The position numbers and the translations under genes are program-made. The notes under the pieces are model-generated. The model saw only the letters and a program-made list of their open reading frames with translations, did not search any database and was not told the origin of the DNA. Below, piece by piece: positions 52,325-64,000 of a stretch of 64,000 bases of DNA (within the stretch, counting starts at the first letter, position 1; each line of letters begins with the position of its first letter). Source of the stretch: Trichoplax adhaerens (lineage: Eukaryota; Animalia; Placozoa); NCBI RefSeq assembly GCF_000150275.1, contig NW_002060943.1, forward strand, positions 2,296,738 through 2,360,737. Direction: 5' to 3'.

Positions 52325-55184
52325 ATGAGCGATAGCAAAGTAAGTAGTCTATGGATAAATGAATCCAATCATTATTTCTTGTGGTGTAATCGTTAGAGGC
52401 TATTCAGTGACAGGATATGGACCCTTTTCAAGTTGTCCTTCACTTTCGTTCTGTGATGCCATTCTAGCACTAGGACTAACATGGTTAGTCTAGGGCAGAT
52501 TGACCAAGGCTGGAGAAAATACAAAAGTTTCATCATGTAGTTGCTACTTGCTACCGATCCAGTTGAATGTTGAGTTTTACACTTCAGATTGTTCAATTTT
52601 GTATCTATAGGATCGTTTTAGTCATGTAGTCTGTACCGATAAAAGTCGGTCAAGGCGAGAAGGACAACTTGCTCCTCCAAGGTTGTGATGGAATAGCTAT
52701 CAACCAAAGCTGCTACTTGTTGTTGTAAATGAATGTGATAACAATCTCAGCTATTTCCTTCATTCATGACATGTTAATATTTCAATTGTCACCATTGTCT
52801 ACATAGCCATTGGCCGTCTGATGGCAAGACGAGCTCATGCGCTGCTTAAATAGCAGCCATGACTGAGAGTAATCGATAGCATGAACTAACAAGAACGCTG
52901 AAAATTTCAACTCCAATTCTCTTAACCAAGCTGCTTTCAAGTTTTAACTTGCCCCACAATCCAATTTCATCCTTTTTTTCTCCACTGATCCAGTAATCTT
53001 TGTGGAAATGACTAAAAATGTTAAAATAGTGCAAGTCATCTACGTGCTTGGCCACACAAGAGTAGATAGGATATAAAAAAGACAACGTATGAGCATATTA
53101 TTGTAGAAATAGTAGGGCCAAAGCTACATTTTATGATAGTAGATGCTACTCTCTTATGAAAGATAGATTTAGATGAAATTCAATAGGCTCTAGCCGCATC
53201 AATTAAGGAAATTTGAAGAATAAGTACTTTACAGTAAGGATGAAGGCAATTGTCACCTTCACTATATATGTGCATACTTAAATAACCTCATCGCTCAAAA
53301 CCCAATAGGATGATCTACAAAAGGCAATGGAACGATAGATCCACCCTGCTGTCATAATGCTGTAGAAGCAGTTGAGACAGTGAATCCTACTGTAGCAATT
53401 TGTAATCTGTGGCAATAGTGATTGATTAGTAATCCAATCGTTCTTCGTCTTATGCTTTTCCCTGTCTTTATACCTTCAGTTTTAAGGCTAATCTCACTTA
53501 AAGCTCGTATTTATTTGCTTTGCAGGACGAACCTCCTCAGAGCCCGGATGTCCAATTCGAACCAATTGTCACTCTAGCTCCAGTTGAGGTTAAAACTAAT
53601 GAAGAAAATGAAAGTGTTTTATTTGCTGAGTAAGTGAAAATAAACGATGCCATCATGTTATACCGTATGCTAGCGTATTAGGATAGATAGCATACTCTGA
53701 AAGACTACTGCAGACATACTGCACAAAATACAGTACTCCGTCGCCACAGTTGACGACGTACACGATAGCATCAAATGATTGCTAGAAATGTACAACGCTG
53801 TCTGCAGTTTTATTCCTCATGGTGTTTAGGAGAAGGAGTCTCGCCTGTTGAATTGAATAGTAGTATTCACGTATACACGGCTCGAAATACATTCAATAGT
53901 AAACTACTACAGTAACTGCTATAGACTGCAGGCATCATATTCATAGTACTGTAGCATAAATTTACATCGTACTAAACTACCGCTGCATGGATATCATATT
54001 TATAAATAGAAAAGCGTAACAATGATCACTACATTAGATTGCCAATCGAGATCTCGCTGTCGAACATGACACTATTTTTTGTAAATGTTTTCGGCTACCC
54101 TCCTCAGGAGAGCTAGGCTATACAGGTTTGACAAGGCAAATGATCCTCCCGAATGGAAAGAACGTGGAACTGGTGAAGTTAAAATTCTAATAGGAAATGA
54201 AGACAATAAAAAAAGGATTGTTATGAGACGTGATAAAACATTAAAAGTTTGCTGTAACCATTATGGTAAATCATACCTGTTAATTAGACTGAAATTATTG
54301 ATATAATATGAAGTTACACCATTTTTTTTCCCATATTATTGAATTAATTACTATAACTATGAAATATACCTAGTGGTGTTGCTACAGTAATACAGTGCTT
54401 ATTGTTCCGAGTTGAACAGTCTGCGATCTCAATGTACTGATTATATATAGCGTGTATACAGTTATAATGGTGAATATTAAAATTGAAAGTTTATGTAGAT
54501 TCATTTTATTTATATAATTATAATTTATGTAGTCTCTCCGGATATGAAATTAATACCAAGTGCAGGAAGTGATAAGGCCTGGGTCTGGACAACGTCGTGT
54601 GATTTTGCTGATGAAGTATCAACACCTGAAAATCTGGCAATACGATTTAAAGATTCAACTAGTAAGTTATTAACAAAACAATAATCGAATTGTTATGATT
54701 TATTTCATCGCTCTGTAGTTCAACGCTGCTGCAATAAGTTTCCTTATCTAGTACTAAAGCAATAGTAACAGTAATGATCATCGCAGAAAACAGTAATGTA
54801 TAACGATCACTTACCTATCAGCTACAACAAAACTTTTTAGTTGCTTGTAGATTTAAGGATGTATTCGAGACTGCTGAACCTTCGACATCCGAAAAAGATG
54901 AAAGTAAGGATGTTGCAGATAGATTAGAGGGACTAAGTGTAGCGGAATCGAAAGAAAGCGCTAACTCAGGTGATAATGAAAAGGATGATAATAGTAATGA
55001 GGCAGCCAAGGAAGCTAGCACGAACGAGCCAACGAATGAAGGAAGTAGCAATGAGACGGCCAACGAAAGCCAACAGGAAGCAGGTGAAGAAAAAAAATCT
55101 GAAGATGATAATCAATCTGCTGAAGCGAGTGCAACAAAAGAAGAAAGTAGTTCAGTTAAAGCAGCTGCGGCGACTGAAAACTGA
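52325..55184 (+). CDS. RANBP1: Ran-binding protein 1
   Basis: Exons 52325-52339 (MSDSK), 53526-53629 ([22 protein letters not shown]), 54108-54265 (RARLYRFD...[11 protein letters not shown]...[16 protein letters not shown]), 54533-54661 (GSDKAWVW...DFADE...LAIRF), 54841-55184 (NES-like [10 protein letters not shown], acidic tail, TGA). Confidence 0.94.
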
Positions 55185-56611
55185 TAGCAACCAATGTCCT
55201 TGGTGCTACGTATGGTTTTGAACACATGACGACTCCTATTATGTAAATTCCCGCGGGTTGTATATTACTTTCTGCAATGCTTAAGATGCGTTATCCACAA
55301 TCTTCATCAAATTGGTGTGATATAATATTGTAGATTGATTTGAATGTACAGGCTCTCAAATCAGCTGTTTGTGTTTAAATTCGTCTAGATTTAACATCTG
55401 GATTACGTTCTATAATTATCGTTTGAAAAAATTGTCAACAAATAATGCAAGTGTGACTTAATGCTTCGACTGGCATATAGATTCTGGTAGCTAATTTAGC
55501 GGTTTAATTGATATCAACTTTATGATGACGCAGTCTGCTGGAAGAAATTGTAAAATTGGTTATGAATGAAGGTGCTCTGTATATGAAGCGGCACAATATT
55601 GTTACGATTGACGCATTTTTATTATAATCATGTAAAATGTTATTAAGAATGTAGTTGCATAAACTGGTATAAAAGCGAGATCATTATCAGTGCCATAGCT
55701 AATAAAACTGTTTAAAAAAAGTTATTTTGGAAACCTTGTCGATGTCCATGAGTTCAAGTATACTTTTGGAAGCTGTCGTATAAGCTCTGCAACGTTTCTC
55801 AATACAGCATTTATATGTTGACATGCTGCAACTGATGACAAAAGAAGGATTTACCCTAGGGCCTAGGTTATTCTTGTGAAATTTTTGGCAGAAATTGTGT
55901 CTAAATTCATTGCATCGCTCTGTTCACTAAGCTTTGCCTGTTCATTAAAATTAGTGCTATACCGTATCGACTTACATTGGCATATTGTTTTTTTATTTGA
56001 ATCATTGCTATATGTACATTTAAAAAAATTTCTTCACACAAATTGGATTTCCAAAGTCTCAAATCGACTTATATCTTCACATATTGTTGACGCTATTGCA
56101 TCATGATTCAATAGGATTGTATGGAGCACTGATCATGATGCAAGTGTTATAAAATGTATATGACTCACATATTAGGGTATCTAATCTATTTCACAAAAAC
56201 ATTTACGAGAAAAATATATACTCCATTTTTACATAAAATCTCATAATTCTGATATCGTACGTGCGACTAGTAACCTTTACATCAAAAAATGCATATAATA
56301 CATGGACAGAAACTATACTTATGTTCGACCAGGGTCGAAAGGGGTTGAGCATTTAAAACAATTTATACATTATGACGTTACATTTCCAATATTAATCATT
56401 ATAGTAATCTACATGGTAGTATACTGGCTTGAAGATAGAGGTATATGTGACACGCATCATTTTTATAGTTATCAATCCATACAATAAAAACTAATATAAA
56501 ACAGATTACTATAACATGAAGTAAAATGAACAGCTATTCGTCGATGTTGTTTACAACATTACACTTCCAATGTTTCGTTAATTCATAAAATAATAGATCT
56601 ATGTATTGTTT

Positions 56612-59600
56612 CTACGTACTACTTGAGTTAGAATTGAGTATTAAGCCTTCTAAATGTCTGACGTGGCCAGTATCTATAAGCCATTCCTAATAAAGTTATA
56701 TTTTTTAGCAGAGTGAAAAGAGACAACAAGTTTTCTTGTACAATACTGTACCTCAAATTTTTCTTGAACTAATTTCTTAAATTTTGATTTGTCAGCATCA
56801 CTCAAGCCTTGTGCGTCTAAGTACTGGTGCCACTTTTTAATATCGCTATAAATAAGATAAAAGAAGTATAAGAGCAGTTCTATACACGTACTCAAAACTA
56901 GAATAAAAATTGAGCAATATCAAGAGTTTTTCATTCTTTCACAAAAATACTACTAACGCTTCCTTTTCCAAGAGAGCTTTCCTATAATCCATAGGCATGG
57001 CACAAGGATTAGCCTACAAAAGAAATATTTTGGATTAATCAAAATGGACTAGTTTTAAGGTTATGTAGCGATCCACCTAACCAGATTGTCTTATAGTAGT
57101 TATATCACACCACTTTATACTAACTGTAGTATCTCCTTCCATTGTAAGAGGTATTGTGAACTGTCTAAATTGGCTTAATTTCATAAATTTATAATCAGAC
57201 GTAGGCTCGGTGCTATCGCTCCGTGGACCTTCAATTAAAAAGGATAAGATGAGGAGCGCTGTTGGAGAAAGTTACTTATATTTTATTTGATATATCCAGA
57301 TATGTTTTCAGAAATAGTATTTTAGCCAAATCAAGGTGTACAAATATCTACATTTAAGCTGACTAGCTAGTTTACCTATGCTAATGACTTGGTCCCATAG
57401 ATTAACTGTGGGTAGTAAACCGACTTCTTGCATATGTTTTGACAAGAGAGGATAGAACGTATGATAAGGGGCTATAGTAATATTATTATTACCGATAAAC
57501 ATAACCGGCTTGGAAGGAGTGCACAAGTGATATGTGCAGTTGTTACTAGACCTAAAATGGAATAATAAATCTATATAGCGTAAGTCATTATATCATTAAA
57601 TTGAGTATGGACGAATAATGTTTACTAACGTCGAAAAAAATTGATGACAAGTTGCTATCACAGTGATGTCATCGCCTGATATGCAATGGACGGTAGTTTC
57701 AACAGCTCCTAATACTACAGTTGTATGTCGGCATTTTTCGATGATAACATATCTATCGATGGGTATATATATATACGATGCATATTTAAGATGATACGAA
57801 TATTAAGAAAACTATTATCAAAGTTTGATTTCGATAGCACGTGCGTATTTTACATAGAAACTAACTTTAAAGGAGCCAGAAGATATATATATGAAAAATG
57901 GCATCGATAAATCTTGACACCACTGTGTTCCATTTCAGAAGTCTAAAGCATATTTCATTTAATTGTTAAGCGATCGATATAAGCAATAGAATTACACCAA
58001 ATACCGCTATAGCGAGCTGATTAGAGGAATTTATTTACCTTGATGATGGTTTGTTTGCATACTTGTGCTAGTATAGTTAGACGGTCACTATTTTGCGAGA
58101 TAATTCGTTAATCCGTTATTTATTTAGAAATAACATATCAATAGAGTATAAAAAATGAATAAATCGATATCTGATACTTAAAGAGCACTGACAATAGATA
58201 CCTTGCAGGTGCAATAGAACGATTCGATATAATTTTACCGCTTCGATTACTGGCAGAATCGTCAGGCGTTCGTGGCGATGCGCTACTTTGCCGTTCGTCT
58301 CTTGTTTTAAAATCTGCACCTGATGCTAAAACATCATTGTTACCAGATACGGTACGACCTAATAACCTAGGCAGTCGTTCTCCGTTTATAAGACATGCCA
58401 TCGTTCCAAAGCAGTTGTCTGATAGATTACTCCGCAGCCAAGACTGGAATCTTTTCAAGGAAAATGTACTGGAAATCTTAAATTATTTTTATAAATTGAT
58501 TAATATGCATCACAATTATCAACTGATCACTGATCACTGATCAAGGTATTGAGTATCAAAAGAAGCCCTCATTGGTTAATTATTGCTAGTCTTATTATAA
58601 ATATAGACGTATCTACATTCTATATATAGTATATAGTGCGTACTCGAGTTTTCATTAGTTAAATACCTTAGAAAATCCACTTTTACCGGCTTGGCTAGAC
58701 ATACTAGCAATTTGCCGTACTTTCATGACGTTTCTATTTCAAGGAAGGGTTTAAAACTTAATTATTGTTATAGTTAGCAATAAAGCTTATCATTGCGAGT
58801 AACCTACCCATCGACTTGACCTCCAATTAAGAACCCTAATGCATCAACAGCATCAGCAGTTAGCAGGTGTTCATTCTCAGAAAACGCTTCTAAAATGCGA
58901 GAGGAGATGAATCAATTTCGCTATGTATTGTAATGAGAGGATTTAGAAGCCCTGAAGATGGTATCTAGTACTTTACTAACCTGGTTCTACAAGTAATTGT
59001 AAAAGTTCGGTAAGATTGTTGGACACGTAACTTAAATATTTTTGTTCGTCAAATTGCTAAAGGTTTTGATTTGGAATATTAATACAAATATTGTATCAGA
59101 TGTCAATTGAAAATTAATATTTTTATGCAATCGTAGCTTAAAAACCTTTGAACCAGCGTAGTTTCTGTTATCTAGATCTGGTGATTTTGATCGATTAGGC
59201 CATCTTAATTATGTGTTAAGAAATACAGCAGTAAAAATTGGCTTTGAATAGCTGAATTTTTCGGTAGATATTATCTAATAATTTTAGTGCTTGGTAATCT
59301 GCAATGGAATTTATTAGTATTGTACTTAAAACTATTAGCTAAAAAATGCAATTATATTATTTTAGCTTTAAATTATCAATATCTACTCAATTGGTTGCAA
59401 GGATACTCATCGCCAGATGCAAGGGATGACTTTAGTGACAGCTTTGTGAATTGTTGAATACGTAGATAAAGTAAAAAGTCTAAGGTTTTGACGGATAAGG
59501 TAGTTTTCGCTTGTTCTATTATTAGATAATATGACAAGAGTACAGGTATGTTATTCTATACTACTGGGTGAAAAGTTTAATTTGTGTACAGTTTATCTAT

Positions 59601-61510
59601 AGATAGATTTATCAGGGATACTATTTATCGCATAAAAAAATGAATTTTAGATAGTAAGATAAAGAAACCAACCAGTAACAGTGGCATCTTCGTTTGTTAA
59701 TGATTGAATCCAATTTATTCGATCACGTTGAGACCAATCACTAAGGAGGTAAAATGTTTTGAATAGCCTAAACAACATAAGACATTTCTGTTGTTACGTT
59801 TTCTGTCTAATTGCAATATCTATAGCGAAGCTGGTTTAAGCTATTCCAGACGAATACGAAAGAACAACGTATCTCGACTGAGTAGGTAGTTGTGTGGTAC
59901 TAGGTACAAGCAGTTCAATTTAAGATACTCGTAATATGAAGAGTATCATAATTATGTCCGACTTTCTCGACATTTCCGTTGTTGTTTTCTGTCTAATTGC
60001 AATATCTATAGCGAAGTTGGTTTAAGCTATTCCAGACGAATACGAAAGAACAACGTATCTCGACTGAGTAGGTAGTTGTGTGGTACTAGGTACAAGCAGT
60101 TCAATTTAAGATACTCGTAATATGAAGAGTATCATAATTATGTCCGACTTTCTCGACATTTCCGTTGTTATGTTTTCTGTCTAATTGCAATATCTATAGC
60201 GAAGTTGGTTTAAGCTATTCCAGACGAATACGAAAGAACAACGTATCTAGACTGAGTAGGTAGTTGTGTGGTACTAGGTACAAGCAGTTCAATTTATGAC
60301 ACTCGTAATAAGAAGAGTATGTCCAACTTTCTAACTATTTGCACCGTTGGTAATTTGTATGGGTGCCTGTTGAAACTGATCACTACACTAAAGTGCATAA
60401 AAGGTATCTTGCTCGATATTGTGTTATGAAGAAGCACCGTTGATGACAATGAATCGCACATTGTACGTAGAAGATCTACAATCGCTAGCATAACATTATT
60501 AAATTCTCATTACTATTATTTCGCAACTGAAAGGGCGACAAGAGCTACAATAGATCATCCATTGCATATTAGCTGTACATCAGCGACAAATCAACAAGAT
60601 CATGTGTATTGGTATGGCTATAACAATTGACGTTGTCAACTTACAGCCAGGCATGTTCTTCCGACATTTGTAATTTATTGCAGGCAACATGGCGCCAAAC
60701 TGTATAACTAGAAAAAGGAATAGATAGCGTTCCATCAATAACTTGTTTACTTGTGGGATAATTAGTATGATTGAGTTAGGCTTTTAAAAGTATTCTCTTC
60801 ATTGATTCTTCAATTCGACTGACCTTAGGCGAGGATATCCAGCCTTTTCTTTGGCTTTGGCGTAGACTGCCAATTTTAATAGATTCTACAAGTCAGAATA
60901 AAGATCGATGCAGTTTTTAGGAGTTGAAGTTCAAGGCAACATGTTATCACTGTTATCGTTGGTAGATATCGATTATCCACCAACTATACTTGTCAATGAT
61001 GTAGGCTAGGAGGATTACTGTACAATAAATTGATTACTTCATTTTATGAATCATTGCTCAACCAAGTTGATAAGTTTGTTGTTAATCAATAATAAATCAT
61101 CACATCTGTAGCATAATGATACGTCGTTAGATAGGCGGTTCTAAATTACTCTCTTGACTGTCGGAATAATGTTACGAGATCAATACAGTTGTAAGAAATA
61201 GTTGAAGCAAAATAAAGTCAGGAGATGATTTTAAAGGCACACAGTTGACATAGCCATTTGCTAACGTTGAAAGGCTAATTTGGACATCATCTACTCTACC
61301 GTAACGGCGTCATTGTCCATCAGGAATGGATTGCCTCCAGAGTAGCTTACTACAACAGGATGGACTTTGTACATTAGGCTGATTAACTAGAGATTGTACT
61401 GGATAGCGGTAATCATTATTGCTTACATTGTAGGTAAATCGGGGATAAAATGATAAATGCAATAAGCCACAATCCAATGGTTGTGGATGCACCCACAATA
61501 TGACCGACAT
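56612..61510 (-). CDS. TBCCD1: TBCC domain-containing protein 1
   Basis: 18 exons starting 61510-61427 (MSVILWVHPQP). Motifs: AGYPRLSYTVWRHVACNKLQ, LSVKTLDFLLYL, WPNRSKSPDL, FQSWLRSNL, C-CAP/TBCC domain (VKIYRCHFSYIYLLAPL, IEKCR, CTPSKP...IAPYHTFYPLLSKHM), QEKFEEWLIDTGH; TAG at 56612. Confidence 0.92.
59204..59406 (-). other. U12-type (minor spliceosome) GT-AG intron in TBCCD1
   Basis: 5' splice site GTATCCTTG; branch site TTTCTTAAC ~10 nt before an AAG acceptor with no polypyrimidine tract; splicing keeps frame (GDE/WPN). Confidence 0.85.
59781..60330. repeat. ~186-188 bp tandem array (about 3 units) in TBCCD1 intron 3
   Basis: TATAGCGAAG...GAGTAGGTAGTTGTGTGGTACTAGG recurs at 59821, 60007 and 60195. 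Confidence 0.95.
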
Positions 61511-61884
61511 TACTTCAGTTGATCAAAGTCTGCGAGCTCGTAAGTCCAATCAACAAGCTATCGTAAACGAGAGGTAGACTTGAATCGGTTATTCCATGAT
61601 TATCATGGCAGTAGACCGTCTCCAATTGGAGTAGCTGACCATCAGCTCGTGCTATTTGCCTTCTCACCGTGATTTCCACGAAGGAAATGCAAGTAAAAGT
61701 TGTTGGCAACGACGAAGACAACAAGAGTAGCTGGAATGGATGTCGAATGCCACCTTAGCCCCGCTGAGTACACCAATTACTATTGCATTAGGCTACTGTA
61801 CTATACAGTATACTCCAGTCCAGTATGGCGCGCTACAGATCCAGCAATCCATAGGGAAAATCCCAGCCAGTCCAACAGGACAGT

Positions 61885-62620
61885 CACTCCCTCTATTGCC
61901 AATGTCTGTCTTGGTAGTCTATAACTCGGTAAAAGTATGCAATTCATGGCGATGTGATGTAGACTGCAGCCAGGCACTTGGACGATTTCCTTGCGATCAA
62001 TCAAGCCAGCAAAGGAATAGTTCAAGAGAGACTTTTGGATTTTGGCCAAAAGTTCCTGCTACAACTGTCATTCGCTCTACTGCCAATGTCTGTCTTGGTA
62101 GTCTATAGCTCGGTAAAAGTGTGCAATTCATGGCGATGTGATGTAGACTGCAGCCAGGCACTTGGACGATTTCCTTGCGATCAATCAAGCCAGCAAAGGA
62201 ATAGTTCAAGAGAGACTTTTGGATTTTGGCCAAAAGTTCCTGCTACAACTGTCATTCGCTCTACTGCCAATGTCTGTCTTGGTAGTCTATAGCTCGGTAA
62301 AAGTGTGCAATTCATGGCGATATGATGTAGACTGCAGCCAGGCACTTGGACGATTTCCTTGCGATCAATCAAGCCAGCAAAGGAATAGTTCAAGAGAGAC
62401 TTTTGGATTTTGGCCAAAAGTTCCTGCTACAACTGTCATTCGCTCTACTGCCAATGTCTGTCTTGGTAGTCTATAACTCGGTAAAAGTGTGCAATTCATG
62501 GCGATGTGATGTAGACTGCAGCCAGGCACTTGGACGATTTCCTTGCGATCAATCGAGCCAGCAAAAGGAATAGTTCAAGAGAGACTTTTGGATTTTGGCC
62601 AAAAGTTCCTGCTACAACTG
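61885..62620. repeat. 184-bp tandem array (4 units) upstream of TBCCD1
   Basis: CCAATGTCTGTCTTGGTAG at 61899, 62083, 62267 and 62451. Confidence 0.97.
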
Positions 62621-63108
62621 CCATCCATTCTCATCGCTGAGCATCTAGTTTATGCCAGTAGATATTATCAAGAGGGATGGACTGCAGCCAGCAAATTGTA
62701 CACTCAATGTGCATTCTACATTGCCTCTAAATCAAAACACCAAATGCTTTAGTGAGCATTGCAAGAGAAAGAGACTGGCTGATTGGAGGAAAAGTCTCTG
62801 CTAGAACTACGATCAATTCTCATCGCTGAGCTTCTACTTCATGCCAGCGAATATTCTATTGCGGGATGGACTGCAGCCAGCAAGTTGTACACTCAATGTC
62901 CATTCTACAGTGCCTCTAAATCAAAACGCCAATGCTTTAGTGAGTATTGCAAGAGAAAGAGACTCGTTGATTAGGGGAAAACCTCTAGTTCATGCCAGCA
63001 AATATTCTATCGATAGAATATTTGCTGGCATGAACTAGACGCTCAGCGATGAGAATTGATCGCAGTTCTAGCAGCAACTTTCCCCAAATCAACGCGTCTC
63101 TTCTCTGC
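62620..63108. repeat. Diverged ~190-bp units, then a perfect 56-bp palindrome (62984-63039) and an inverted unit running into the gap
   Basis: Units start ATTCTCATCGCTGAG at ~62627 and ~62816; 63043-63108 is the reverse complement of the same unit. Confidence 0.88.
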
Positions 63109-63158
63109 NNNNNNNNNNNNNNNNNNNNNNNNNNNNNNNNNNNNNNNNNNNNNNNNNN
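63109..63158. other. Assembly gap (50 N)
   Basis: Run of N. Confidence 1.
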
Positions 63159-64000
63159 AATAGTCAGTCTTCCCTATTTCACTACAGTGAACGCCTAGTT
63201 GACGTATTCTCCCTCTTTCTTGATTATTAGACCTCTTCTTCAAGTTCAATTCTTGTTTTAGAAGGCAGCAAATGGGAGTTCTACTCAATGAATGGTCAGG
63301 GACTACTCAACCATTTTTCCCCTCTAAAGACGAGAAAAATGGTTGAGTAGTCCCTGGTATGGTAGTCCAGTGAACGATGCTTTGTATTCGAAATTTTAAA
63401 GATGATCAAAGAACTCAATATTGCAGTAAAAATTTAAAATGATTCTTCATAAAACATCAAGTGCCCACTTTTCAAGGTTGTCAATTTCACCAAGGTATCC
63501 ATGACAGCCAATACATACTAAGGCATAGACTGATTACAGGCCGGTGAGCAGCAGCCGGCAATAACATAACATAAATTAAACCCATTCTGTACAGTAATTC
63601 CTCAAGCTAAAATGAAATGAATTTACTGTAGGATAATTTACAAACTATCACTATGTTGCCTTCTCCATTCAGCAGCGATCAAGAGAAATTTACAAACGCC
63701 AAATGATACTCAGTGACGATTAGTTGACCTTCATCAATTCAGATACAGAAAATTAGATATCAACCTGGCATCATTGACCAATACAGTATTCTGAATTGGC
63801 TATCAACGCGAGGTATCGCTCACATGAACAAAATGAAAAATAAATAAATAAAACTCTCCATCATTGGTTAGGAGTCAACCTATCATTGAATAGTCATTCT
63901 TTTACTGCTTAATACCTTACATTATCCACTTGTTAGGATTTGCATTATCTTAACGTGTTATTGGTTCTATTTCTATTTTTTTTACAAAATGAAAAATAAA
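63159..64000 (+). repeat. Second copy of the 38353-39195 segment, running off the window
   Basis: Direct sequence identity. Confidence 0.95.

Noticed and set aside
61740-62752. Repeated 75-122 aa ORFs on both strands
   Set aside because: Products of the 184-bp tandem unit, whose period is not a multiple of 3; no recognisable domain.

Overview
AT-rich, compact, intron-dense animal genomic DNA. Gene style, abundant (TACAG)n/CAGTACTG motifs and an intronless GPCR suggest a placozoan such as Trichoplax (inference). By manual splicing, the window contains, in order: the 3' part of a dynamin/EHD-like GTPase with two C-terminal TM helices (+), eIF4H (-), the giant lipid-transfer protein BLTP2/KIAA0100/hobbit (-), MED31 (+), UBE2L3 (-), two decayed cell-surface-receptor pseudogenes (Ig+FN3 on +, LRR on -), a single-exon class A GPCR (-), NIPSNAP (-), RANBP1 (+) and TBCCD1 (-). 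Non-coding highlights: (TACAG)n clusters concentrated at housekeeping-gene 5' ends; several ~136-190 bp and ~330-360 bp tandem arrays; a family of ~60-bp CAGGGACT...AGTCCCTG palindromic elements; a foldback structure with a perfect 56-bp palindrome; a U12-type intron in TBCCD1; a GC-AG intron; and a ~840-bp near-identical duplication next to an assembly gap. No rRNA, tRNA or CRISPR was seen. Exon coordinates were read by eye and may be off by a few bases.
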